A stretch of DNA of 64,000 nucleotides from a virus. A model generated the notes under the pieces. That model had not been told where the DNA came from, searched no databases, and was given only the letters and a program-made list of their open reading frames with translations. Each line of letters begins with the position of its first letter. Position 1 is the first letter of the stretch. Location: IMG/VR virus record IMGVR_UViG_3300042090_002148; one strand, given 5' to 3'. This document shows positions 53,259 through 62,063 of the stretch, one piece after another. Both the position numbers and the translations under genes were made by a program.

Positions 53259-53833
53259 CGAGACACCTTCTTCGGGATGACGACCTTGTAGCTGTTCTGC
53301 GTGTCGACGAGTGCAGCCGACCGCGTGTAGGAAGCGCAAAGAACGAGAGTCTGCTCCTCGTACGCGCGCTCTACAAGAAGAGGCACGCCATGGAGCTCGT
53401 CTTTCCGCACAGGCATGAAGCCAGCGGTGTGTGCGTACCAGTCCCAGAGCGCCGTGTTCGGTCCCACGACGAACGCCACGGGGTGTAGGCGGTCGCGCGC
53501 CATGAGATTGAACAACTTGCCGATGACCGTGGTCGCGCAGAAGTGGTCCTTCGGGTACTCGGTCGGGATGGTGGGGGGTAGGACGAGCTCCTCGAGCTTG
53601 CTGTTGCGGATGACCGCTACTGGCATGAGAGTCTCGAGGTCCACGTCGATGGTTCGTTCGCTCTCCCCCTCCTTCAGGAAGTAGCGGCACCGGACCTCCT
53701 TGAGCGTGATGTTGATCTCCTGCATACGCGGAGTCTTCAGCATGCCCTCGAGTACCTTCAGGATGCCAGTGAGACCGACGGCATGAGGAACCGCGACGGT
53801 CTTGGTGATCTCCTTGTATTCGTCTGCCATCAC
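53255..53833 (-). CDS. hypothetical protein
   Basis: 192-aa ORF. Confidence 0.7.
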   Translation of the reverse strand: MMADEYKEITKTVAVPHAVGLTGILKVLEGMLKTPRMQEINITLKEVRCRYFLKEGESERTIDVDLETLMPVAVIRNSKLEELVLPPTIPTEYPKDHFCATTVIGKLFNLMARDRLHPVAFVVGPNTALWDWYAHTAGFMPVRKDELHGVPLLVERAYEEQTLVLCASYTRSAALVDTQNSYKVVIPKKVSR

Positions 53834-54324
53834 GCCACCATTGCCCAGACCGGGCGGTCTAACTTTGACACGTTACAAGACTTGCACGCAGGAACAACGT
53901 TCTCTTGCACGTGTTCGCCGCCGCGCGAAACAGGGACGACATGATCCATCTCGAGCGGTGCATCAGTCCGTAGGCAGTAGGCACATGCGTAGTTGAAGTA
54001 CTCGAGCGTCTCCTTCCACTGCGCCGCAGTGAGTGTGGTCGCCACGCCGCGTAAACGCGCACGTCTACGCCTATGCACCGCGAGAGAGCTCTGACGATCT
54101 TTCTCTGGGTTGTTCTTCTTCCAACGACGCAGGGTCTGTGCCTTCTTCTGCGGATTGGCGCGAACCCATGCCTTAGTCGCAGCCTTCACCTGTTCCGGGT
54201 TGTTGGCTCGATAGCGCCTGGTTTGCACACGCATGCATTCGGCACACCACACGCTGAGCCCATCAACTTGTTTTCGATCCTTGTAGAACGGACCTTCTCC
54301 TCGGCACTTGGTGCACGTCTTCAT
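53830..54324 (-). mobile_element. HNH endonuclease
   Basis: CAYC...EMDHVVPVSRGGEHVQENVVPACKSCNVSK. Confidence 0.9.
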
Positions 54325-54494
54325 ATGGATTCGGTATCCTTGCGCTGTGCTCTCTCGTTCTCGACGAACTGCACAAGCAGGTTGTTGATGACCGCCGAGA
54401 GCGTCATGCCTCGGCGCTTCGCAGCACTGGCCGCACTCTTCTTGAGCTGGGCCGTGGTGCGTATCTGCAACCGCTCATCCTTCTCTCCGCTCAT
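54321..54494 (-). CDS. ribbon-helix-helix (CopG-like) protein
   Basis: 57 aa not in the ORF track: MSGEKDERLQIRTTAQLKKSAASAAKRRGMTLSAVINNLLVQFV; ATGA overlaps on both sides. Confidence 0.7.
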   Translation of the reverse strand: MSGEKDERLQIRTTAQLKKSAASAAKRRGMTLSAVINNLLVQFVENERAQRKDTESI

Positions 54495-55120
54495 GCGACC
54501 TTGAGTCGAGCCCTGAAGACGTGTGCCTTCAGAGCCAACAGGACGGCCTCGTTTACCAACTCAGGCACGGTCATGCCCTGAGCATCGGCTACTTCTTTCA
54601 CGGCCACGCGTACCTCCTCCGTAAGGCGCACCTTTGCGTATGTGTTCCTGCTGGTGTTGTTGGCCTGCGTGACACCGGTAGCCCAGCGACAGTTCTCTTT
54701 CGAGTAGCCCTCGTTGTTGTTCTTGCGATCGAGAGAATGTTTCGACGAAGGCTTACAGCCCATGTCTTCGAGGAAGTTCGCAAAGCCCTGTGATCCGAGC
54801 CAGCGATCTGAGACTCGAATCCCACGACCACCATAGCGCATGTACTTCGGGTTGTTCTCGTTGTAGCAGCGGTCCTTCATGCCGTGATAGGCGGTGTGCT
54901 CCGCTGTTCGCTTTCTCTGCACGGTGTCTCCGTGCACGTGCCTTCGTTCTGCCAGCTGCTCTGCGCGCAGACAGCCACAGGACAAAGTCTTGCTGCTCAG
55001 CACCGAATAGATGCGGATGGACTTTTCCGTTCCACACGCGCAACGAAACCACCAATGTTCCTTGCGAGCTGCGTCTGGGCGCAATGCCGCGAGGCGCCCG
55101 TGCTGAGAGTCAACCAGCAT
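54491..55120 (-). mobile_element. HNH-type phage endonuclease with C-terminal RHH-like domain
   Basis: WFRCACG...SCGC...YHGMKDRCYN...YGGRGI...SLDRKNNNEGYSKENCRWAT; C-terminal KVRLTEEVRVAVKEVADAQGMTVPELV. Confidence 0.8.
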
Positions 55121-55376
55121 CTTCTGGTCCCTCCACGTACTTCATGGCGTCCAAGTAATCACGAAGTCCGCGCATCCTAAACTTGGCACAGATGACATCG
55201 AGTACACGCTCGTGCATCTTGTCTAGTGTCTCCTCTGTCATGGGCTTGCCCACGAACTCAGCGCTCAAAACCTTGTCGAGCTCCTTCTTGAGATCGGGGT
55301 TCTGGGCAATGAACAGAGGTGCCCACATGAAGGAGAACTCGACCTTGCCGGGTTCAGTCACCACTACGGCGCGCAT
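55110..55376 (-). CDS. hypothetical protein
   Basis: ATG 55376 (MRAVVVTE). Confidence 0.6.
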   Translation of the reverse strand: MRAVVVTEPGKVEFSFMWAPLFIAQNPDLKKELDKVLSAEFVGKPMTEETLDKMHERVLDVICAKFRMRGLRDYLDAMKYVEGPEDAG

Positions 55377-56007
55377 GGGTTCCCTTTTCTCGCTCACGCT
55401 GGGTGCGCACCAGGTTTTCGCGCACACGCTCCTCGTACTCCGCAAGCGTGAGCGTCTCGGTGATGGTGATCGTCTCCGTTTCCTTGATGGGCGCCGGGGC
55501 GAAGCCCGAGCCCTCGAGGATGACGCGCACGAAGTCGTTGTCCATGTCACGGTCCTGGAGAGGGCCCATGGCGCCGTTGATGTGGTTCGCCGGACGCTTC
55601 GCGATGGTCTTGCTGTCGGGCCCGAAGTGCCCCTTGCCCACGGTGTACGGAGTGTGGTGGCGCAGGATCGTGAGCAGCTTGTCGAGGTAGGCGTTCTCGT
55701 GGGCGATCTTCTCCGCGCTGGACATGTGCGCGTAGCGAAGACGGGAAGCCACGCGTCCCGGCTTCTGGACCAAACCGCGCAGCGCGTACCCGAGCTGGGT
55801 GATGCGCTCACGCAGGGAAGGGCCCTCCTTGGTGCTGTAGACCGCCGCGACTTGGCGCTTCTTCGCCTCGAGGCTGAGGTACAGCCAGAGGCGGAAGTAA
55901 GAGCGGAAGCTCTGGTCCTTGAGGAAGCGCTCGCGCTCGTTGGTGAGGCGTTCGTTGAGCCACGCATCGAGCTTCTGCTCGAACTCTGTCTGGGTCATGG
56001 GGTCCAC
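55354..56007 (-). CDS. hypothetical protein
   Basis: 217-aa ORF. Confidence 0.7.
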   Translation of the reverse strand: MDPMTQTEFEQKLDAWLNERLTNERERFLKDQSFRSYFRLWLYLSLEAKKRQVAAVYSTKEGPSLRERITQLGYALRGLVQKPGRVASRLRYAHMSSAEKIAHENAYLDKLLTILRHHTPYTVGKGHFGPDSKTIAKRPANHINGAMGPLQDRDMDNDFVRVILEGSGFAPAPIKETETITITETLTLAEYEERVRENLVRTQREREKGTHARRSGD

Positions 56008-56315
56008 GCGTACAGGACGTCCATCTCACGGATGAGACCGACGCTGTCTCCAAGCTCGGAGAACATCGTGCGGACAATCTGCTTGCCCTGCTGATGCTCC
56101 AGGTGTTCACGGAAGAAGGCAATCTTCTCCCCGGGCGCAACGCTGGGAGGCGTGCGCACCGATATGTCTCCGACGTACCGACCCGGCCCTACGGCGAGGA
56201 CGGTGCCCGTGCGGACGCGCTCGGCGGCGGAGCCGTCGATGAAGATGGGCCCGATCTTCTCGGGTAGCTTGTCGAGGCTGACGACAAGCCAGTCGTGGAG
56301 CGGGCGGAGCTTCAC
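55995..56315 (-). CDS. groES: co-chaperonin GroES
   Basis: KLRPLHDWLVV, GPIFI mobile loop, GTVLAVGPG, GEKIAF, IREMDVL. Confidence 0.88.
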   Translation of the reverse strand: MKLRPLHDWLVVSLDKLPEKIGPIFIDGSAAERVRTGTVLAVGPGRYVGDISVRTPPSVAPGEKIAFFREHLEHQQGKQIVRTMFSELGDSVGLIREMDVLYAWTP

Positions 56316-56659
56316 GGGCCGTCGGCGATGATGTCCGCGCCGTCCGTCTCGGGAACCTTCTTCGGGGCGATCTTGCTCTTGTACTGCTCGGTCAGGAACT
56401 TCGCGAGCTTCCCATCCTCACGAAGCTTCTTGAGGCTGGAGGCGTAGTTGATGCCGTTGGGTGCGCGGTACCACTGCCCCGCCATGCGCTGGAATAGCTC
56501 GTCGACCTCCTTGCCATCCTCGCCGACGTAGCGGACAGCGAAGATCTCCACCGACTGGAAGCCGATGACGGAGCCCGGCGGGGCGTTGGAGGGGAGGGCG
56601 GTCTGCCCTCGAGGGATGAGGACGCCGTTGTTGCGCCCTCGGCTGCTCGCGTTATCCAT
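56312..56659 (-). CDS. hypothetical protein
   Basis: ATG 56659 (MDNASSR). Confidence 0.6.
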   Translation of the reverse strand: MDNASSRGRNNGVLIPRGQTALPSNAPPGSVIGFQSVEIFAVRYVGEDGKEVDELFQRMAGQWYRAPNGINYASSLKKLREDGKLAKFLTEQYKSKIAPKKVPETDGADIIADGP

Positions 56660-57371
56660 GTGCCTGTTCTTTCTCTTTGAGGAACGTGTCGAACTTCTGC
56701 TGGAGGTCCGCGCGAGAGACCCAGGGCTTGCCGTGGTTCCACTCGCGCGGAAGATAGAAACGGTCTGCGGACTTGATGCTGAGAAGGTACGCGACATTGA
56801 CCGCGGCCCACTTGCCGTAGACGCGGAGCTCGAACGAGGTCTTGCAGCGTTCAGTGCAGACCGCGGTGACGTCAGCCACCCCACCCTCGGGGACCTGAAG
56901 GATGTCGCGGATCCAGAAGCCGCAGCACGGGCACTCTGCCTTGCCGTCGCGCACGCGGGTGTAGACCAGGTGCCCGAAGGCCTGGGCCAGGGTGTCAACG
57001 CCGGCGCGCAGCGGAGGGGGGATATAGACCTTGCCCTCCGCCTTCTTCTGCGCCACCGCGTTCAGCGGGGTCGAGGGCTGCTCGTAGGTGAGTGCAGCGA
57101 TGCCAGCCACCGGGTCTGTGCGAAGCAGCGTGACAGTTGCCTCATCGAGCGGGACAGGCATCAGCCCAGGGCGGTCGGTGCGCTGGAGGATGACCTTCGT
57201 GGAGGCGTCCGCTTCGATCTCCTTGAGGAGGTTGCAGAGACGCTTCAGCATCTCGCGGTATTCGAGGGAGAAGGATTCCGTGGCCTCGCGCCACTGCAAG
57301 TTGATGTACTCGAAGCGCCCCTCGTAGTGATGCTCCACGCGCTTGTAGTGGAGGATGATCTGCTTACCCAT
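56652..57371 (-). CDS. hypothetical protein with zinc ribbon
   Basis: CPCCG...C...C. Confidence 0.65.
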   Translation of the reverse strand: MGKQIILHYKRVEHHYEGRFEYINLQWREATESFSLEYREMLKRLCNLLKEIEADASTKVILQRTDRPGLMPVPLDEATVTLLRTDPVAGIAALTYEQPSTPLNAVAQKKAEGKVYIPPPLRAGVDTLAQAFGHLVYTRVRDGKAECPCCGFWIRDILQVPEGGVADVTAVCTERCKTSFELRVYGKWAAVNVAYLLSIKSADRFYLPREWNHGKPWVSRADLQQKFDTFLKEKEQAHG

Positions 57372-57873
57372 GGCTCTCTCCTGAAGGCGCATCGGCCACC
57401 TTCGATGCGAGGTCGACAGGCCGAACGATGCGGTAGACGACGGCTCCTGCGGGGCCCGCCCCGAAGTGCAGGACGGTGCCGTCCCAGAGCTCGATGGCGT
57501 CGATGATGGCGCGCTCCTGCCCCTGAACGTTGGATCCGATGACCTTGCGAACCGGGTGTTCGGCCATGACTTCGCGCACCGTGTCGATGGAACAGAGCTG
57601 CTCCTCCGGCAGGCCGCATCCCTTGAAGGCGCTGAAGGCCTCTACCGGGGTGAGGTCTCGCAGGGTGAGGGCAGAGAAGACGCGGACATCCACGAGCTCC
57701 TCCGACATCCCGGTGCAGAGCTTCTCGCAGCGTGGGCAGGGGAACTTGTCCGGCCAGAACTCGCTCTTGTCCCCCACGAGCTCGCGTAGCTCGCGGGTGG
57801 AGTGGTTCTGCGCCGCGTTCACCGGCATGACCCGGATGGCGAGCGCGCAAGGGAGGCAGGCCACGACGATCAT
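57364..57873 (-). CDS. hypothetical protein with zinc ribbon
   Basis: FPCPRCEKLC. Confidence 0.6.
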   Translation of the reverse strand: MIVVACLPCALAIRVMPVNAAQNHSTRELRELVGDKSEFWPDKFPCPRCEKLCTGMSEELVDVRVFSALTLRDLTPVEAFSAFKGCGLPEEQLCSIDTVREVMAEHPVRKVIGSNVQGQERAIIDAIELWDGTVLHFGAGPAGAVVYRIVRPVDLASKVADAPSGESHG

Positions 57874-58190
57874 ACGGAGGGCACCCCGTCATCGAGGTCA
57901 GCGTCCTCGGTCTGAGGAGGATCCGGTTCGTAGGTGTCCGTCTCACGTGGGACGTACACCGGTGCGCTGGTGACCACGTCCGTGTCCCCGATAGGCACCT
58001 CCTCCGAACGAGCGATGACCGGAGGAGCCGCCTGCGCGTGGATGTGCGCCTTCATCACGCGCTCCGCGACCTCGTCGTCGACCGGGCACTGCACGGTCTC
58101 ACCCGTGGGCAGAACGAGCACCAGGAAGTTCTGCATGACGTTCTTCATGAGGTCGACGCGCTGGACGACGCTGCTGATCTCGCACTTCAT
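57870..58190 (-). CDS. hypothetical protein
   Basis: 106 aa, acidic tail. Confidence 0.6.
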   Translation of the reverse strand: MKCEISSVVQRVDLMKNVMQNFLVLVLPTGETVQCPVDDEVAERVMKAHIHAQAAPPVIARSEEVPIGDTDVVTSAPVYVPRETDTYEPDPPQTEDADLDDGVPSV

Positions 58191-58471
58191 TGAGGCACCG
58201 GTGGCTTGGGCTGGTTCGCACGGGCGCGTTCAGCCGCGTCGCCCTTCAGCAGCTTCGTGAGGTTCTGTACTTCGATGCCCACGCGCAGGGCGCTCACGCC
58301 TACGCGGTGCAGGTTGATGAGCTCGAGGCAGTGGGCCCACTGCTGGTTCTTGTAGTCGGGATGGTCCGGCGGAATCACGTAGGCCATGCACTCGGCAGTG
58401 CAAAGGCGCTGCTGATCCTTGAAGCAGTAGAGTCCGCTCCCCGGGACCTGGTCCTTAGGTATTACGGGCAT
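58187..58471 (-). CDS. hypothetical protein
   Basis: YCF...CTAECMAY...C. Confidence 0.65.
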   Translation of the reverse strand: MPVIPKDQVPGSGLYCFKDQQRLCTAECMAYVIPPDHPDYKNQQWAHCLELINLHRVGVSALRVGIEVQNLTKLLKGDAAERARANQPKPPVPQ

Positions 58472-58892
58472 CGTGCTCCTCCTTCTCGATGGCAGCGCGC
58501 GTTTCGACGACGCTCTTCGCGATGGCTTGAGCAGCGCCCCCGATGTAGCGCGCCACGGTCCGGCTGAAGAGCTTCTGCTCGTCCTTGTTGTTGCCGGGCA
58601 GAGCGATGAAGCCCCACTTCAGCAGCAGCTTGCCGAGCTCGAGGGACATGTCGCGCCCGAGCAGAGCGCGGACATCGCGAGCGAAGTGAAGAAACACTTC
58701 CTCCTTCGAGCCGTGCCCGTGATCGAAGCGGTAGACGTTGAGCTCGGAGGAAGACCCCGCCCAGGTGCAGGTGAGACACTTGGCCGGTCCTCCGAGCTCG
58801 GAGGACTCGATCTGTGCGCTGCCACAAGCAGGACAGAAGGAGCCCTTGTCTGTGGCGGCACGGTTGATGAGACTGTTGTCGTTCGCGGTCAC
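58455..58892 (-). CDS. hypothetical protein with zinc ribbon
   Basis: CPACGS...CLTCTW. Confidence 0.65.
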   Translation of the reverse strand: MTANDNSLINRAATDKGSFCPACGSAQIESSELGGPAKCLTCTWAGSSSELNVYRFDHGHGSKEEVFLHFARDVRALLGRDMSLELGKLLLKWGFIALPGNNKDEQKLFSRTVARYIGGAAQAIAKSVVETRAAIEKEEHDARNT

Positions 58893-59335
58893 GTCGGAAT
58901 CACCTTCCCGAGCTTGGTGTAGAAGGCCCCACGCCGGGCCCGTACTTCTGGTGTGTCAGGCGTTGCATCCTTCTCGATGTGCGTGGTCTTTCGCTTCGAC
59001 TGCTTGGGCGCCTGCCAGAGAGGCTTGATGCCCATCCCGCCGCGCTTCACCTCGGCGTTGAGCGCCTTGATGACGTCCGCGTGGGTGTTCTTCTTCTGCG
59101 CCTCCAGCCACGGGAAGGCGGTCTTCATGTAGTCGTCGAAGACTTCCTTGCCCTTGTCCTTGGAGACGATTGCCTGCGCGAGCGCCCTGGTGCGTGCGTG
59201 TTCGATCTGCTCTTTCTTCAGCACGTACAGTAGAAGGACAGACTCCTGAAGTGACCCCGTCGGGGGCGGCTCGCGCAGAGACGCGAGCAGCAAAGCTGCC
59301 CGTGCCCAGCCTTCTGGAGTCTCTAGCCATTTCCC
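58889..59335 (-). CDS. frameshifted C-terminal (GT-type) part of tail assembly chaperone
   Basis: -1 frame from G GGA AAT reads GKWLETPEGWARAALLLASLRE... to stop at 58889; no SD/ATG of its own. Confidence 0.7.
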   Translation of the reverse strand, partial: GKWLETPEGWARAALLLASLREPPPTGSLQESVLLLYVLKKEQIEHARTRALAQAIVSKDKGKEVFDDYMKTAFPWLEAQKKNTHADVIKALNAEVKRGGMGIKPLWQAPKQSKRKTTHIEKDATPDTPEVRARRGAFYTKLGKVIPT

Positions 59336-60591
59336 AGTCTCTCCGCGACGAAGAGCTTGCGAACGCGCACGTCGAACCAGAAGAAGTTCACACCGAGCGT
59401 GCCGATCATGTGGAAGGAGTTGCGTGCGAGGAAGTCGAACTTCTTCCAGAACGCGTCCTCGTCGAACTTGCCGCTCGCATCGAGATGACTCGGGACCTTG
59501 TTGTCGTTGATGGCGTAGAGCCCGAGCGCCACCGTCATCACGGAGAACTTGTCGAGCAGGTAGCGCTCGTTGATCTCGAGGCCCTTCGACTCGAGCATGA
59601 TGAGCTTCTTGATCGCCAGGTCGTCTGACGAGGCGATGGACTGGAAGGTGGGCTCGAACTTGCCGGGGAGGATGGGCACCTTCTGCCGCACGTACCCGTG
59701 CATGATGAGGTCGTCGACCTCCATCTTCGGGCAGCGCTCCTCGATGATGGCGCGCTGCTCGTCGTTGTTGATGATGTCCTTCATCATCATGTCGCGGAGA
59801 GTCGCGAAGTCGAGGTCGTCCTCGACGCCCATCTTCTTCAACACCTCGGCGACGCGCGTCTTGTCGCTGGTCTGCGGTCCATCCTTCGGCGCGTTGCCGA
59901 AGCGACCGGCTGCACCTGCCGAGCTCTGGATGGAAGCCTGCTCGGCAGCACGGTCCTCTGCCTCGGTGGTTGCGGACTGCCCGCGCCCGAGAGCGGCGAT
60001 GCGCTCGAGGTCCTGGAGGGACTCGGGACTCAGCCCCTTCGTGGCCTGGTGCAGCTCCTGAGGGAGCACGTGGCGGCGGTTCGTGCCGCTCCCGCGGATG
60101 ACGCCGTACTTGAACGCGAGCTCGGGCTGCGAGGCCGCGAACATCGAACCCTGCCCTGGGCGGAACAGCGGGTCGTTCTGGGCCTCCGCTGGCAGCAGGT
60201 CAGACGGGTAGATCTGCGCAGGACGTGTCTTCGATGCCGGCGGAGAGAACGTCGCCGCAGCCCGTAGCGCAGGAGACTGTGTGAAGATCCCGCCCTGGGG
60301 AGGGGCCACCCCCGCTGCCTGGGCAGTGGCAGCGCGCTGTGCAACCGCCTGGTCGGCCATCGTCATGCCGTCGCCGGCGGGGGCCTCGAGGTTCGGGATG
60401 GGTGGCGTCGGCCCCCCTGCCCGCTGAGTCGTGTACTTCGGGATCGCCTGCCGGCTCAGCGGATGACGGTTGCGAGTCATCGCATCCGCCACACGACGGG
60501 CCGCGGGATCCGTCACGCTCGCGTGAACGAAAGGCGCGCTGAGTTGGGTCGGCGCGTTCGGGTCTTTTACTACTGCGTCTCGTTTGGCCAT
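59323..60591 (-). CDS. tail assembly chaperone-like protein (G-type)
   Basis: 422 aa ending CTG GGA AAT GGC TAG with slippery heptamer 59329-59335; own sigma70-like promoter. Confidence 0.65.
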   Translation of the reverse strand: MAKRDAVVKDPNAPTQLSAPFVHASVTDPAARRVADAMTRNRHPLSRQAIPKYTTQRAGGPTPPIPNLEAPAGDGMTMADQAVAQRAATAQAAGVAPPQGGIFTQSPALRAAATFSPPASKTRPAQIYPSDLLPAEAQNDPLFRPGQGSMFAASQPELAFKYGVIRGSGTNRRHVLPQELHQATKGLSPESLQDLERIAALGRGQSATTEAEDRAAEQASIQSSAGAAGRFGNAPKDGPQTSDKTRVAEVLKKMGVEDDLDFATLRDMMMKDIINNDEQRAIIEERCPKMEVDDLIMHGYVRQKVPILPGKFEPTFQSIASSDDLAIKKLIMLESKGLEINERYLLDKFSVMTVALGLYAINDNKVPSHLDASGKFDEDAFWKKFDFLARNSFHMIGTLGVNFFWFDVRVRKLFVAERLGNG

Positions 60592-60610
60592 GCGTTCCTG
60601 AGCTGTCTAG

Positions 60611-60639
60611 GGTGTACTGCCAATGTGCTCACACGTCAA
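60611..60639 (-). promoter_or_regulatory. sigma70-type promoter
   Basis: TTGACG-17 nt-TACACC upstream of ATG 60591. Confidence 0.55.
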
Positions 60640-60676
60640 GGAGTAGCTAAGCAAGAGGGGCTGGTGCCCCCCTGGC

Positions 60677-61204
60677 CTACTTCGGTAGGACTTCTGCGAT
60701 CAGGTGCGTCACGATCTCAAGGTCAGTGAGCGCAGGCCTGTCGCCGTCGAACGGTCGGTTCTCGATCTTCGCCAGCACCACGCCACCCTGCAGGCGTAGC
60801 GGTGGGCTGGTCACCTTCGAGAGCGCGCCCTTCAGCAGGTAGAAGGGCCCGTAGTCCACGAGATGCTTGCCGAACTTGATGTACGACCGGGCGGAGAAGA
60901 CATGCCGCAGGTCACCTCCCTGCAGCACCAACATCGCGGTCAGATGGGAGAACACCAGCTCGTCGAAAGCGAACTTGCACCAGAAGATCTTGCCCTTCGG
61001 GTGCGGCGTGCAGACCGGCGTGCTGAAGACGCCTCTGGTTGCCCAGGCGAGCGGACCTTCTGCTCCGTCCGCACAGATCTCGATGCGCTCCTTCGTCTCT
61101 ACTCGGTGGGGACCTTCCCGGGTGCCCATCCCTTCGGTCCGCGCGGGGGCGGGGGATCCGGCGCCTTCGTCACCACCATCTTGTGTCTCTTGCACTTGTG
61201 GCAC
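60677..61204 (-). CDS. hypothetical protein
   Basis: ORF ends at a terminator; start uncertain, overlaps upstream gene. Confidence 0.5.
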   Translation of the reverse strand: MPQVQETQDGGDEGAGSPAPARTEGMGTREGPHRVETKERIEICADGAEGPLAWATRGVFSTPVCTPHPKGKIFWCKFAFDELVFSHLTAMLVLQGGDLRHVFSARSYIKFGKHLVDYGPFYLLKGALSKVTSPPLRLQGGVVLAKIENRPFDGDRPALTDLEIVTHLIAEVLPK

Positions 61205-61359
61205 CTTCCGACTTCAGGGTGTGCCGGAGAGAAGGGGACGAGTGTCCCCAGCGCCCACCCGGCGGTCTCGGCCTGCTCAATGAGCCTCTTCCCTTCGCAC
61301 CCTGGGTGCGTGCAGGTGAGCTCGTACTCCACGAACAACGGGTTGACCATCCTGGGCAT
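61099..61359 (-). CDS. zinc-ribbon hypothetical protein
   Basis: CTHPGC...CHKC. Confidence 0.6.
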   Translation of the reverse strand: MPRMVNPLFVEYELTCTHPGCEGKRLIEQAETAGWALGTLVPFSPAHPEVGRCHKCKRHKMVVTKAPDPPPPRGPKGWAPGKVPTE

Positions 61360-61780
61360 GGGCGTTCCTCACGGCAGCTTGCACCGCGGAGAGGTACTCC
61401 GCGTCACCGGGATTGTACGCCCGGAGCCACCCGAGGTTCTCACACTCATGCGTGCAGGCTGCGCGAATGCGTGAGAGGAAGGCGCCCATGCGCCGGAGGT
61501 TCGCGTGCGGCTGCTGGAGAGACCCGACCTCGGGACTGGTGCAGCGCACGTTGATCTGGCCCAGCCCCACCGAGCAGGAGCCATCCTGCTCATGTCGAAG
61601 AGCCGTTGCCGTCCAGTGGGTTTCCCGGTCGATGAGTGCCGGGAAGATCCACGGGTCGAGGTTGTGCTCGCGGGCCTCCTCGAGGACCCAGCTGACGTAG
61701 CGGGCGCGTTCCCTGGGCGGCAGGTGCGGGTTGCTGTGGTGGATTGCCGCGCTGAGCAGCAGCACGCTTGTCGTGAACAT
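61277..61780 (-). CDS. soluble lytic transglycosylase (SLT) domain protein
   Basis: LDP..FPALIDRET (catalytic Glu), VGLGQIN, AYNPG. Confidence 0.85.
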   Translation of the reverse strand: MFTTSVLLLSAAIHHSNPHLPPRERARYVSWVLEEAREHNLDPWIFPALIDRETHWTATALRHEQDGSCSVGLGQINVRCTSPEVGSLQQPHANLRRMGAFLSRIRAACTHECENLGWLRAYNPGDAEYLSAVQAAVRNAHAQDGQPVVRGVRAHLHAPRVRREEAH

Positions 61781-62054
61781 CCTTGGCCTCCGACATCTTG
61801 ATGATGGACTCGAGCACCTCCTTCTTCGAGAGGTCCTGCAGGGGGTTCGCCTTCCCCAGAATGAGCTCGCCCTTCACCAACGCGATGCGGATGGACTCGC
61901 GCGCGATGAGCTGGAGGTTCTTGAGCTCCTTCATGATGCGCTCCTCGAAGCGCATCGCGATGGTGTTGCAGTCCGGGCAGACGAAGACGGCGGCGTAGAT
62001 CTTCGCGTCCTCGGGAGCGACGTCCTTGTGGCAGTTCTGGCACGGGAGACCCAT
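61590..62054 (-). CDS. zinc-ribbon hypothetical protein
   Basis: CQNC...CPDC; 3' part overlaps the SLT gene. Confidence 0.55.
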   Translation of the reverse strand: MGLPCQNCHKDVAPEDAKIYAAVFVCPDCNTIAMRFEERIMKELKNLQLIARESIRIALVKGELILGKANPLQDLSKKEVLESIIKMSEAKDVHDKRAAAQRGNPPQQPAPAAQGTRPLRQLGPRGGPRAQPRPVDLPGTHRPGNPLDGNGSST

Positions 62055-62063
62055 GCCGGAAGA

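Larger units (their letters stand above)
724..60672. terminator. dispersed hairpin terminators ending in a pyrimidine tract plus TAGC, 16 copies
   Basis: minus: near 724, 1158, 3932, 5978, 7794, 12747, 14489, 18151, 18500, 60645; plus: 44911-44935, 45401-45438, 46401-46443, 46521-46568, 48378-48408, 49561-49597. Confidence 0.75.

Noticed and set aside
53720-53727. 8-nt match (ctgcatac) between RNA 1's loop and a coding region
   Set aside because: About one such match is expected by chance in 64 kb; no stop or frameshift context.
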